DNA of 64,000 nt from Candidatus Latescibacterota bacterium. Its GTDB lineage: Bacteria > Latescibacterota > UBA2968 > GCA-2709665. Where the stretch lies: assembly GCA_965248435.1 (NCBI GenBank), contig OZ252100.1:4320001-4384000 (forward strand). Direction: 5' to 3'. How positions within the stretch are numbered: the stretch's first letter is position 1; each line of letters begins with the position of its first letter. Positions 21,642 to 30,849 of this stretch are shown here, in pieces. The translations under genes were made by a program, and so were the position numbers. The notes beneath the pieces are model-generated. The model had not been told where the DNA came from, made no database searches, and was given only the letters and a program-made list of their open reading frames with translations.

Positions 21642-21642
21642 C

Positions 21643-23184
21643 ATGTCTCCGACTCTGACGAACAGGTCTGCGCAGCTCGTTATTTACATTTGTTCGATCC
21701 TGATCTTGATTGCCGGTCTAAGTTCATTCGGACATTTGACCTGGAGGGAGTGTCTGCGCTTGTTCTTGATTATGTCGGGAATCCTTGTCCTCTACTTCCG
21801 GTATCGCAAGGTGCTTGGGTCAGCCGTTTCGAAGCACGACCCCCGAGATGAGGGAATATTCTATTCGGCAGCCGTAATCGTTGCCCTGACTTTGATCTTC
21901 GTGACGACACAATTTGATCCTTTCTTTTCGGGTTCAGGAAACAGGACATCCGAAACTTGGCTGAGTCCCTTCTTAGTCTCTACAATACTGCTGGCAGGTG
22001 TTATGACGGCTTCATATCTCGGGTCGGGTAGGACAGCGCGGCGCAATTTCTCCAACCTGGACTGGATCGTGCTTTGGATGATCGTCGTCGTTATCCTCAT
22101 ATCTTTGCTTTCGAACCAATTCCTTGGCGGGGGGATCACATCCACCGACTTGGTTTCGAATACGAAGATTTTGAGCTATCTGCTGGTCTGGTTTCCGGTC
22201 ACGCGCGTTCTGTCAGATTCGGAGTGGGCCGCCGACTCGGTTCTCAGTCGATCGGGTTTGAGGCTGGTTTCGGATCGATGGAAGGGGCTGCTCGCTGGCG
22301 TCATGGTGTTATTCGTATCAGCTTTGATCTTCGGTGTCTATCGAGCAGGAGCGGTCATCTATCGTTATGACGTCAGTCAAAGGCTATACGAGTCCGGTGA
22401 TCTGGAGTCGGCAAAGGCGCATTACGCGATTCTAAGGAAAATGAACAAATCAATCGACATGGGTTGGATGCGCGATAGATATCTGAGCGATTTGGCGGCG
22501 ATATTGCTAAAGGATGGAGACCAGGCCTCCGCGCAGGCAGCGATCGCCGAAATGCAGAATGCCACGGTAGATCCATCTGATGCACATCGCAAGGCAGGGG
22601 AGGTCTATGGTAGAGCGCAGCGGTGGGACCTGGCCGCATCATCCTTCGGGAGAAGTCTAAAAGAGGTGAAAGGCGTCGGTTCCAATACAGGCCTGGTTGC
22701 GCGTCTGGGAACGGCCTACATGAATCTACGCGATCCAGGGTGCTTTCAACGATTGATCGAAGAACACAAGCAAGTGCCTGACGTTGAGGCCTCTACCTAC
22801 GGGGATCATATTTTTCTCGGGAATATCCATCTTTCTCGGCAGGATTATTCGGCTGCTCGGCACCATTTTGGGGCTTCTGTAGAGTTGAAATCTCTCGATT
22901 CCTACGCGATTTACAAGATAGGTCGAACGTATCTTGAAGAAGGAAGGTATGAGAAGGCGGAGGAGAGGTTTGAATACGCGGTCGAGATCGACCCTGAATT
23001 TGCGGATGCATACTATTGGCTGGGTGTTAGCCTTGAACGGCTTGGAAAAGAAAAAAGGTCCGCAAAGATGTACAGGAGAGCCGTTGAGATTCTGCCCAGT
23101 CATCTTGACGGGCTTGTGGCGCTACAAAGAATGCGCCCCGGAAAACAATTGAACTCAGACAATCCTAGAATTGAGAAACGGTGA
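21643..23184 (+). CDS. Membrane protein with C-terminal TPR repeats
   Basis: About 7 TM segments followed by TPR motifs (AYYWLGVSLERLG, AVEIDPEFA). Confidence 0.75.
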   Translation: MSPTLTNRSAQLVIYICSILILIAGLSSFGHLTWRECLRLFLIMSGILVLYFRYRKVLGSAVSKHDPRDEGIFYSAAVIVALTLIFVTTQFDPFFSGSGNRTSETWLSPFLVSTILLAGVMTASYLGSGRTARRNFSNLDWIVLWMIVVVILISLLSNQFLGGGITSTDLVSNTKILSYLLVWFPVTRVLSDSEWAADSVLSRSGLRLVSDRWKGLLAGVMVLFVSALIFGVYRAGAVIYRYDVSQRLYESGDLESAKAHYAILRKMNKSIDMGWMRDRYLSDLAAILLKDGDQASAQAAIAEMQNATVDPSDAHRKAGEVYGRAQRWDLAASSFGRSLKEVKGVGSNTGLVARLGTAYMNLRDPGCFQRLIEEHKQVPDVEASTYGDHIFLGNIHLSRQDYSAARHHFGASVELKSLDSYAIYKIGRTYLEEGRYEKAEERFEYAVEIDPEFADAYYWLGVSLERLGKEKRSAKMYRRAVEILPSHLDGLVALQRMRPGKQLNSDNPRIEKR

Positions 23185-23343
23185 TGAGCCTCGGGTTCCT
23201 CTTCTGGGGTTTCGAATCTACACCTCGTCCGTCTCTTCTCCAATGCACTACAGGATCTTGCAGGTACGGAGCAATGACCGAAAATTTAAGAGGTCTGGTA
23301 AAGTGTGTGGAGGAATTGACAGGCGACCTCTATAAGGCACAAA

Positions 23344-25578
23344 CTATCGCTGGTTGATGGCCCTTAACGTTGAAAGCTTTTGCCGAACGTTTTCGACCAC
23401 TTCAGATTCGCCCTCCCAAAGATCCAAGAACTTCCCGTAAGCCTCTATCGCTTCAGCTATTCTTCCTTGCCGGGCATAAAGCATTCCAAGTCCCAAGTAG
23501 GGTTCGGGTAAATTCGGTTCCATTTCCGTCGCAGATTCATAAGCTGCCAGCGCCTCCTCTTCCCTCCCTAACAGCAAAGCCGATGTTGCCAATCCAATGT
23601 ATGCTTGTGCGAACCGTGGAAGTAACCTAACGGCTTGGCGATAGCGTCGTAAGGCATCCTCATTCCATCCCCGATCGTGGTAAAACCCTGCCAGGTTAAA
23701 CATCAGTTGCCCATCATTTGGACTGCGGCTAACTGCCCTCTCGTAGGCCCCGTGCGCCTCCTTGATCTGGCCGAGGCGGCGATAAGTAACTGCTATGTCA
23801 CGATACAGGGAGCCCTCTAGGGGTTCCAGTTCCAAGGCTCTGAGGAAGGCCTCCTTGGCGGCTTCCAGCTGATTCAGTAGAATCGATAGTTTTCCGATCC
23901 TCTGATACGCTTCCACCGAGTTTGGATGATACCTCAAGCATCCCCTGCTGGCCTCCAAGGCTTTTTCGTATTTACCGTCCTGAGCGTAGGCATGCGCTTG
24001 TAACAGCAACAGGCGATAGTCGAATACCCCCAAAGAAACGGCACGTTCTACAGCATGCTGAGCCGCGTCCCAGTTTTTTCCATTCGAGAATGCAAGGGCC
24101 CAGTAGAACGCCCGCGCAGCACGATATGTCCGAGTGACTGGATAGATACTTGCAGCCAAGCAAATGAAGCAGATCCCGGGAATCAGCACAGATTTTAGAG
24201 CCACCCTGGTTCCTGGCTTGGTCTTGGGATCCAGAGTCCCCCAGGTCCCGGAGACGATACCCAAGTAGAACCAAATTAACATGGTTGGCGGAATACGCTC
24301 ACGAGGGAAACTGAAGATGGCGTGTCCAGAAATAGCAAAGATACTCACTGCGATGGCAAACAGAGTGAGTCCAAGCCACGGATCCTTTTGGCGCTGGAGC
24401 ATCCGGAGAATCAGGAACATAACCGAAACCAGCAACCAGAAGTAGACCACAAGGCCAGGGAGGCCCAATTCAGAAGCGATCCACAGGAAGTCATTGTGCG
24501 GTCGCATATAGAGGGCGCCGGACGAAAGGACGAAGTTCTCCTGGCCATATTTCAGATGAACAAGCGCCCAGTTCCCGATTCCAACTCCGGTCATCCAATG
24601 ATCGCTCGCGATCTTAAGCGTTTTTTCCCATAAGGGGAGACGGGCCGCAAAATGTCTGTGACCTTTTAGTTGGTCAGCCTTCACGATCGATTTCACGGTC
24701 TCCAAGACCTCGGCCTTCTTCTCCTCCAGTGGAGCAGGGTCCCTCCGGGAAGCAACTGTGGTGGTTTTTTCGGGATGAATCTGAGCACCTCCGACAATCA
24801 CGCACAGAATGAGGATTCCGATGAGGATCTTACGTCCTCTGAAGGAGGACCTGAGATCCCGAAATAGGGGCCAGGGACGTGTGAGGATGGCCAGGATCAC
24901 GGTTAGAAACGTGATTAGAAGGGCGCCGGCCATCCCCACCCAGGCTCCCCGGGTTCGTGTGTATATCAGAAAGAGGACCGGTAGGGTGAACAAAAGGCCC
25001 CAGGCAAACTCCCATTTCGCCTCGCGGGCCATCACGAATGGGATCACAGCGAGGGGGATGACCATCACAAGGTACATAGCTGCCAGATTGCGGTAAAAGA
25101 GCGTCGAACTGGGCTGCCCGGCCGATGGGATGTCCAGGAATCCGATACGAATATACTGGCATATCCCGATGGCAGAGATCAAGGCCGCAGTGCACGTAAG
25201 CACGTGGATCCAGATGATGAGGTTGCGCCTGTTGAAGGTGCGGGATACGGCAAGGAAAAGGACGAAGCCAGCAAATAACTTGATGACCTCAAGGCCGCTG
25301 CTGAATGGATTGATGGCTCTAAACCACGAGACGCCCGAAATCAAAAGAAACAGCAGGGCAGGCAGATCAAGAGGAAATCGTCCGGAAGTTGAGCGACCCT
25401 GCCAGGCCAGTATCATCCAGCGGGCTACCAGGACGAGCGTCGCGATCTGGGCGGTAAGGAGTTTGGGCCAAAGCACAAAGTCGGGATATTGATGCTCCGC
25501 GTAGACAAGAGGCACCGCCACAAGCAGCAGGATCCCCCCAAACAAGGTCACATTGATGCCCGTGTTTTTAGTTAGCAT
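23344..25578 (-). CDS. O-antigen ligase family protein with C-terminal TPR repeats
   Basis: TRTRGAW, GVGIGNW, PHNDFL..ASELG, then multiple TPRs. Confidence 0.85.
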   Translation of the reverse strand: MLTKNTGINVTLFGGILLLVAVPLVYAEHQYPDFVLWPKLLTAQIATLVLVARWMILAWQGRSTSGRFPLDLPALLFLLISGVSWFRAINPFSSGLEVIKLFAGFVLFLAVSRTFNRRNLIIWIHVLTCTAALISAIGICQYIRIGFLDIPSAGQPSSTLFYRNLAAMYLVMVIPLAVIPFVMAREAKWEFAWGLLFTLPVLFLIYTRTRGAWVGMAGALLITFLTVILAILTRPWPLFRDLRSSFRGRKILIGILILCVIVGGAQIHPEKTTTVASRRDPAPLEEKKAEVLETVKSIVKADQLKGHRHFAARLPLWEKTLKIASDHWMTGVGIGNWALVHLKYGQENFVLSSGALYMRPHNDFLWIASELGLPGLVVYFWLLVSVMFLILRMLQRQKDPWLGLTLFAIAVSIFAISGHAIFSFPRERIPPTMLIWFYLGIVSGTWGTLDPKTKPGTRVALKSVLIPGICFICLAASIYPVTRTYRAARAFYWALAFSNGKNWDAAQHAVERAVSLGVFDYRLLLLQAHAYAQDGKYEKALEASRGCLRYHPNSVEAYQRIGKLSILLNQLEAAKEAFLRALELEPLEGSLYRDIAVTYRRLGQIKEAHGAYERAVSRSPNDGQLMFNLAGFYHDRGWNEDALRRYRQAVRLLPRFAQAYIGLATSALLLGREEEALAAYESATEMEPNLPEPYLGLGMLYARQGRIAEAIEAYGKFLDLWEGESEVVENVRQKLSTLRAINQR

Positions 25579-25636
25579 TTACTGTATTTTGGAAGTGAGA
25601 TTCATTAGGGTTCAAAATCTGAAAGGAATTAGCGAT

Positions 25637-25681
25637 AAAAAAGAACAGCCCACAAACGGCTTAAGCGTTCGCGGGCTGTTC
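25637..25681 (-). terminator. Rho-independent terminator after amtB
   Basis: Minus strand GAACAGCCCGCGAACG...CGTTTGTGGGCTGTTC followed by TTTTTT. Confidence 0.8.
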
Positions 25682-25734
25682 CCGTATTCAAAGGCGTAGA
25701 TTTACGACACCTTCTTTCTCGAATCTCGTGGTTG

Positions 25735-27063
25735 CTAAAGGTTGTAGCCCTGTTCGTCGTGAAGCGAGATATCCAGGCCTGAGGTCTCCTCTTCCTGAGT
25801 GACCCGCAGGCCGATGGTGGCGTCTATAATCTTGAGCAGGATCAGTGAGACAATGCCGCAATAGATGATCGTTGTAACAACACCGATAAGCTGCGCCCCG
25901 AGCTGCTTGCCGATCGTCATGCCCTCAGCCAGCCCCGCACCGCCGAGCCCTTCAGCCACGAAGACCCCTGTGAGCAAGGCACCGACGATGCCGCCGACGG
26001 CGTGGACCCCAAACGCGTCCAGGGAGTCGTCATAGCCGCATTTTCGCTTCAGAGTGGTCGCGGCCCAGAAACAGATCACGCCCGAGGCGATGCCGATCGC
26101 GATGGCGCCCATCGGCCCGACGCTCCCCGAAGCCGGAGTAATCGCCACAAGACCCGCCACAGCGCCGGTAACCGTTCCCAGGGCGCTGGGTTTTCCATGT
26201 TTTCCCCACTCCGTTAACATCCAGGCCAGTGCTGCTGTAGCAGTGGCGATTTGGGTCACGAGCATGGCCATTCCCGCCGCGCCGTCGGCTGCCAGGGCGC
26301 TGCCGGCGTTGAAGCCAAACCAGCCCACCCAGAGCATAGACGCACCCACGACGGTGAGGGTGAGACTGTGGGGAGGCATGGGCGTGTTCGGATATCCCTG
26401 ACGCTTGCCGATGACCAGGGCTGCCATGAGGGCTGCGACGCCCGCATTGATGTGGACGACGGTCCCGCCCGCGAAATCCAGCACGCCTCGATCTCCGAAG
26501 AACGATCCGTCACCGCTCCAGGCCATGTGGCAGACCGGCGCATAGACGAGGATGGACCAGAGGCCCATGAACCAGAGCGTAGCCGAGAACTTCATGCGTT
26601 CGGCAAAGGCGCCGACGATCAGGGCTGGGGTGATGATAGCAAAGGTCAACTGGAATGTCACAAAGACCGATTCAGGAATGGTTCCACTGAGCGTGTCTGT
26701 TTTGATTCCTGAGAGAAAGGCCTTGCCGAGACTTCCGACAAAGGAACGGAGGTTCGTGACGCCCGCCGCCATGCCAGTGGTATCGAAGGCTAGGCTGTAG
26801 CCGCAGACGGTCCAGATAATCGTGATCAGTCCAGTGATGGCGAAGCATTGCATCAAGACTGAAAGGATGTTCTTGGAGCGGACGAGACCGCCATAGAATA
26901 AGGCTAGGCCGGGTATGGTCATAAATAGGACAAGGGCCGTCGACGTGAGCAGCCAGGCTGTGTCCCCTGAACTCAGCTCATCGGCCAAGGCTGGTGCAGG
27001 CAGGCCTACTATGAGGAGAAATCCAAAACATGGCAAGCACAGACGAATGATCCATCTGGTCAT
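25735..27063 (-). CDS. amtB: Ammonium transporter
   Basis: FYGGLVRSKN, DFAGGTVVHINAG, WFGFNAGS, DDSLDAFGVH (twin His). Confidence 0.96.
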   Translation of the reverse strand: MTRWIIRLCLPCFGFLLIVGLPAPALADELSSGDTAWLLTSTALVLFMTIPGLALFYGGLVRSKNILSVLMQCFAITGLITIIWTVCGYSLAFDTTGMAAGVTNLRSFVGSLGKAFLSGIKTDTLSGTIPESVFVTFQLTFAIITPALIVGAFAERMKFSATLWFMGLWSILVYAPVCHMAWSGDGSFFGDRGVLDFAGGTVVHINAGVAALMAALVIGKRQGYPNTPMPPHSLTLTVVGASMLWVGWFGFNAGSALAADGAAGMAMLVTQIATATAALAWMLTEWGKHGKPSALGTVTGAVAGLVAITPASGSVGPMGAIAIGIASGVICFWAATTLKRKCGYDDSLDAFGVHAVGGIVGALLTGVFVAEGLGGAGLAEGMTIGKQLGAQLIGVVTTIIYCGIVSLILLKIIDATIGLRVTQEEETSGLDISLHDEQGYNL

Positions 27064-27090
27064 AACAAATTCCCTCCCCGGTGACAGCGC

Positions 27091-27429
27091 TTACAGCGCA
27101 TCAGGACCTGTTTCTCCAGTTCGAATCCGTACGGCCTGTTCCAGATTGGAGACGAATATCTTACCGTCTCCGACATTCCCGGTCTTGGCAGAGCGTTCGA
27201 CGGCGTCGATCGCGCGCTCCACCTGGTCGTCACCCAGAGCGATCTCGAGCTTGACTTTCGGTAGGAAATCGATCACGTACTCGGCGCCACGGTAGACTTC
27301 CCGGTGACCCTTCTGGCGACCGAATCCCCTGGCTTCCGTAACCGTCATTCCCTGGACCCCGACCTCGGCCAGGGCCTCCCGAACGTCATCCAGCTTATGG
27401 GGCTGGATCACAGCCGTAACAAGTTTCAT
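27091..27429 (-). CDS. glnK: P-II nitrogen regulatory protein
   Basis: GFGRQKGH, YRGAEY T-loop, GDGKIFV. Upstream of amtB, with a GGAGG RBS. Confidence 0.95.
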   Translation of the reverse strand: MKLVTAVIQPHKLDDVREALAEVGVQGMTVTEARGFGRQKGHREVYRGAEYVIDFLPKVKLEIALGDDQVERAIDAVERSAKTGNVGDGKIFVSNLEQAVRIRTGETGPDAL

Positions 27430-27546
27430 GCGCCCCCTCCTCATTTTCTGCCCTATCAAGGCAGGACGTTAGATTCCAAACCTCGCCGAGCCTGCCCACT
27501 CACTGCCTCGGACCAGAACGATTCAGTATCGAGAATCTGGATCGGT

Positions 27547-27574
27547 AAATTAGCCCTGACTAGACGAATGTCAA
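27547..27574 (-). promoter_or_regulatory. Putative sigma70 promoter for glnK-amtB
   Basis: TTGACA-N16-TAATTT on the minus strand. Confidence 0.45.
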
Positions 27575-27708
27575 GGGCAAAATTGGGAAACGTCGGGACA
27601 AGACGCAAGTTGAATGTCTAGGGAAATATGCGGGCCTCAAATATGGCTAGGTTTTGAAAATCTGGTAGGGGGGAAAATTCGTATCAAGCTCCTTTTAAAG
27701 CGACCTGC

Positions 27709-28896
27709 TTAAACCGACTTATGACCTTGTGTCTTCTGGATAGCCAAGCCGTAGGTTTCCAGGAGCATCTTGTAATTTCCTTGAGCAGAGTATTGTTTTT
27801 CGTAATCCCTTCTCGCTGACTTTCCCATCTCCTCAACTGCCTTTCCATGGCTCCACGCCCACTTAACCTTCCCGGCCAGGTCTTCGAAATCGCCAGGCGC
27901 AAAGTGCAGGCCGGTGTGTTTATCATCGACGAGTTCCTGCATAGCGCCGAGGCGAGAAGCGATCACCGGTACGCCGCAGGCAAAGGCTTCGGCAATGGAC
28001 AAGGGGAAACCTTCGTACCACTCCGAAGGAAAAATCAGGCAATGAGCCTTCCGCATATGTGCGATAACGGAATCGTGAGAACAGTGCCCGAGCATTTCCA
28101 CACATCTCAGATTCCGAGTTTCGATCAATCCACGGAGTTCGTGCTGCAATGGTCCATTTCCCACGATCTTGAGGGGAATATCACCGACGCTCTGCCACGC
28201 GTCCAGCAGTGTCTTGAGGCCCTTTTCCGGTGCGAGCCGGCCGACAAAGAGCATATGTCTGGGTGCTCGTCCGTCATGTCCCGGGTCAGGATGGATGAAA
28301 TTGGGTTTTACAACGATCTTCTCAGGTGGAAGACCCCCCTCGATGAATTTTCTGCGGGAGAATTCGGTGAGCGCGACAAAAATGTCCACCTTCTCTTGCC
28401 AGGTCCTGATCCAGTGATGAAAGGTGATCATGGCGGTGATGACGGAAGTCTTCGCTCGAGATCCGTGGTAGCACGCGTGTCGAATTCCTGGAAGGGGAAG
28501 CGTGTGTCCCAGACAATCTTCGCATACCCGACCCTTTCGATAGAAGGTCCCGACAGGACATAGAAGGCGATAGTTGTGGAGGGTTTGGACGACTGGAACA
28601 TCAAACGCACGGCACGCATCATAAGCTGAGGGAGAGATCAGGGGAAAGGTGTTGTGAAAGTGCGCGATATCGGGTCTTTCATTACGCAACAATTCGAGCA
28701 ATTTGGCTTTAGAAGGGGATGACCATATGGTTCGGGCCGCGGTCGCAAGCCTGCTCGTCTGGTCAATTCGGTCATTGTGATCCACGAAACTGATGACCTC
28801 GTGGCCTTTTTGCCTGAGGAGCGCACTTTCTGCAGCGAAAACGGCATCCTCTCCACCGGGTTGTTGATAATAGTTATGAGCGGTAAGAATCTTCAT
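27709..28896 (-). CDS. Glycosyltransferase family 4
   Basis: HNYYQQPGGED, FVGRLAPEKG, EGFPLSIAEAFACG. Confidence 0.92.
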   Translation of the reverse strand: MKILTAHNYYQQPGGEDAVFAAESALLRQKGHEVISFVDHNDRIDQTSRLATAARTIWSSPSKAKLLELLRNERPDIAHFHNTFPLISPSAYDACRAFDVPVVQTLHNYRLLCPVGTFYRKGRVCEDCLGHTLPLPGIRHACYHGSRAKTSVITAMITFHHWIRTWQEKVDIFVALTEFSRRKFIEGGLPPEKIVVKPNFIHPDPGHDGRAPRHMLFVGRLAPEKGLKTLLDAWQSVGDIPLKIVGNGPLQHELRGLIETRNLRCVEMLGHCSHDSVIAHMRKAHCLIFPSEWYEGFPLSIAEAFACGVPVIASRLGAMQELVDDKHTGLHFAPGDFEDLAGKVKWAWSHGKAVEEMGKSARRDYEKQYSAQGNYKMLLETYGLAIQKTQGHKSV

Positions 28897-28917
28897 CGTG
28901 GTGATCGGGCGACAGCA

Positions 28918-29874
28918 TCACTCCTTCCTTACGGATTGGATGAACGCGCCGCTGGTGCACAAGTCGTCATCCGAAATGTCCCTGAATCTTTGAGCAAGGT
29001 TATTCCTCGAAATGTTCGAATTTGAACACACCTTCTTTTCGCATACCACCCTGAAGCCTTCATCCCGCAGGGTTCTGATGTGTGCTGAGTGTGGCTTGCG
29101 ATTCAGTAAATAGGGGCGTCCTCCTCTGATCAGCCTCCACGTCAAGTCTGAATGTGTCCAGTGGCCGTTCCATTCCGCAGCGGTTCCATGGGACCGGTAA
29201 TCGATCTGGTGCGAAATGAATCCGTTCGGTTTAAGCCACAATCCCATGGCCCTGTACGTCTCTTGGAGATCGTCAACGTGCTCCAGAACCGCTTGGGAAT
29301 AGATCATATCCACGGAATGTCTCTGGATACCGTCTCCAGAGTGCCAGGGGACCCTATACTCGACCATTGAGTCCACTCGACCCGGATTCGTTATCGAATC
29401 CTGGATCCTTTGGACGCGGTCCGTATTCAGAGCATTCTGCAACTTTTCACCGTTTAGAATTTGACCTGGGAATTCATAGGTATCCAAATAGGGTTTGACT
29501 TGAGGGAATTCATCTTGTCCGGGAATATTCACTCTATTTTTGAACAGGGACACCAAATCGGTAAACGTCTTCAAGTTCCTTTCAAGACTCGCGTGTTCGA
29601 CAACATCTAGGGCGTAATATTTCTCTGATCCAGACAACAGGGCCGCCAACCCGATCCCGATCGAATCGCCGGGCCCCAATTCAGCCACAATTTCGGGCCC
29701 GGTATTGAGCCTACTTTCGCTTGCCATCACCAGATGTCTTAGCCAGACGGAGTAACAATATCTCGCATTGTCCGTTCCACCGGTCGCCCCGCCGCGAATT
29801 CGAAGACGATAGAGGCCCGGAATGAAGGTCGCGATTCCGTAGGCCAGTTGGTTTAGCTTGATTTGCCCCTTCAT
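28918..29874 (-). CDS. Class I SAM-dependent methyltransferase
   Basis: AELGPGDS, DMIYSQAVLEHV, LKPNG. Confidence 0.82.
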   Translation of the reverse strand: MKGQIKLNQLAYGIATFIPGLYRLRIRGGATGGTDNARYCYSVWLRHLVMASESRLNTGPEIVAELGPGDSIGIGLAALLSGSEKYYALDVVEHASLERNLKTFTDLVSLFKNRVNIPGQDEFPQVKPYLDTYEFPGQILNGEKLQNALNTDRVQRIQDSITNPGRVDSMVEYRVPWHSGDGIQRHSVDMIYSQAVLEHVDDLQETYRAMGLWLKPNGFISHQIDYRSHGTAAEWNGHWTHSDLTWRLIRGGRPYLLNRKPHSAHIRTLRDEGFRVVCEKKVCSNSNISRNNLAQRFRDISDDDLCTSGAFIQSVRKE

Positions 29875-29921
29875 CGTAGATGAAATGTTATACCTTTCGC
29901 TGGATGCGTTAAGAAAAATGC

Positions 29922-29950
29922 GAGTGGCTCCTTTTGATCAGGAGCCGCTT
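29922..29950 (-). terminator. Hairpin, possible minus-strand terminator
   Basis: GAGTGGCTCCT/AGGAGCCGCTT stem; the minus strand continues GCATTTTTCTT. Confidence 0.45.
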
Positions 29951-30111
29951 AACTAGCGACCGAGGACCGTAACTTTCGCTTGACCTGTTTCTAGATCGAG
30001 TCAAATCTACGAAATTCCTGTTTCAGGACAAAACCCTTTATGCTTGATTTGAAGGCCCCTAACAGCCTAAAACGGCTTAACTTGAGTCGAATTCTAGCGG
30101 ATACTTTCCTG

Positions 30112-30140
30112 TTGACGATTTCGTGCGGCCTTAGTATGTT
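30112..30140 (+). promoter_or_regulatory. sigma70 promoter for sdhCAB
   Basis: TTGACG-N17-TATGTT. Confidence 0.6.
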
Positions 30141-30206
30141 GTATCGGATTTGAGGAGGAATTCAGCCGTAATCCGGCCCATTTGCATCCGTTGATCCAGG
30201 TCGCTA

Positions 30207-30836
30207 TTGATGATCGCATTTTTCTCATCGAGCATCGGCAAAAAGGCCGGCATGGCCGTGACGGGGCTCCTGATCTATGGCTTCCTCGTAGGCCATCTTG
30301 CGGGCAACTTGCTGCTGTTCAATGGTGATGGCGGCGGCGCGTTCAACGCCTACTCTGCCTTCCTGACAAATCATCCCCTCTTGATCCCCATCGAATTCGT
30401 TCTCCTGGTCATTTTTGTGCTGCATATCTGTTTTGCCATCAGCGTGACGCGTGACAACCGGCGGGCAAGGCCCATCGAATATCAAGCGAGGAGCCGAGCC
30501 GTAGGCGGTAGGACCTGGGCATCTTCTACGATGCTGTATTCAGGAATTCTCATCCTCGTGTTCGTTGCCATTCACCTCAAGACCTTCAAATACGGCGACT
30601 TAGGCGGAGGCACGCTGTATCATCTGGTTGCTGCGACGTTCGACCAGACAGGTTATATTGTCTGGTACGTGGTTGCGATGGCCGTGATGGGTTTCCACCT
30701 CTGTCACGCCTTTCAGAGCGCATTTCAGACCCTGGGTCTCAAGTCTCAGGTGATCAAGGTGTTTGGTCTGGTCCTGTCTCTCGCGCTAGCCGTCGGGTTT
30801 GGTCTCATACCGCTGGTAATGGGCGTTTTGATGTAG
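30207..30836 (+). CDS. sdhC: Succinate dehydrogenase cytochrome b558 subunit (single di-haem-type anchor)
   Basis: SSIGKK..MAVTG, HLAGN, conserved His in TM helices, H..HAFQSAFQTLG. Confidence 0.9.
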   Translation: MMIAFFSSSIGKKAGMAVTGLLIYGFLVGHLAGNLLLFNGDGGGAFNAYSAFLTNHPLLIPIEFVLLVIFVLHICFAISVTRDNRRARPIEYQARSRAVGGRTWASSTMLYSGILILVFVAIHLKTFKYGDLGGGTLYHLVAATFDQTGYIVWYVVAMAVMGFHLCHAFQSAFQTLGLKSQVIKVFGLVLSLALAVGFGLIPLVMGVLM

Positions 30837-30849
30837 CAAGGGATAACGA

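Noticed and set aside
29950-30010. c-di-GMP-I riboswitch on the minus strand (GAAA-loop stem followed by GCGAAAG)
   Set aside because: Only partial resemblance and no convincing P1 closure; not called without an Infernal search.
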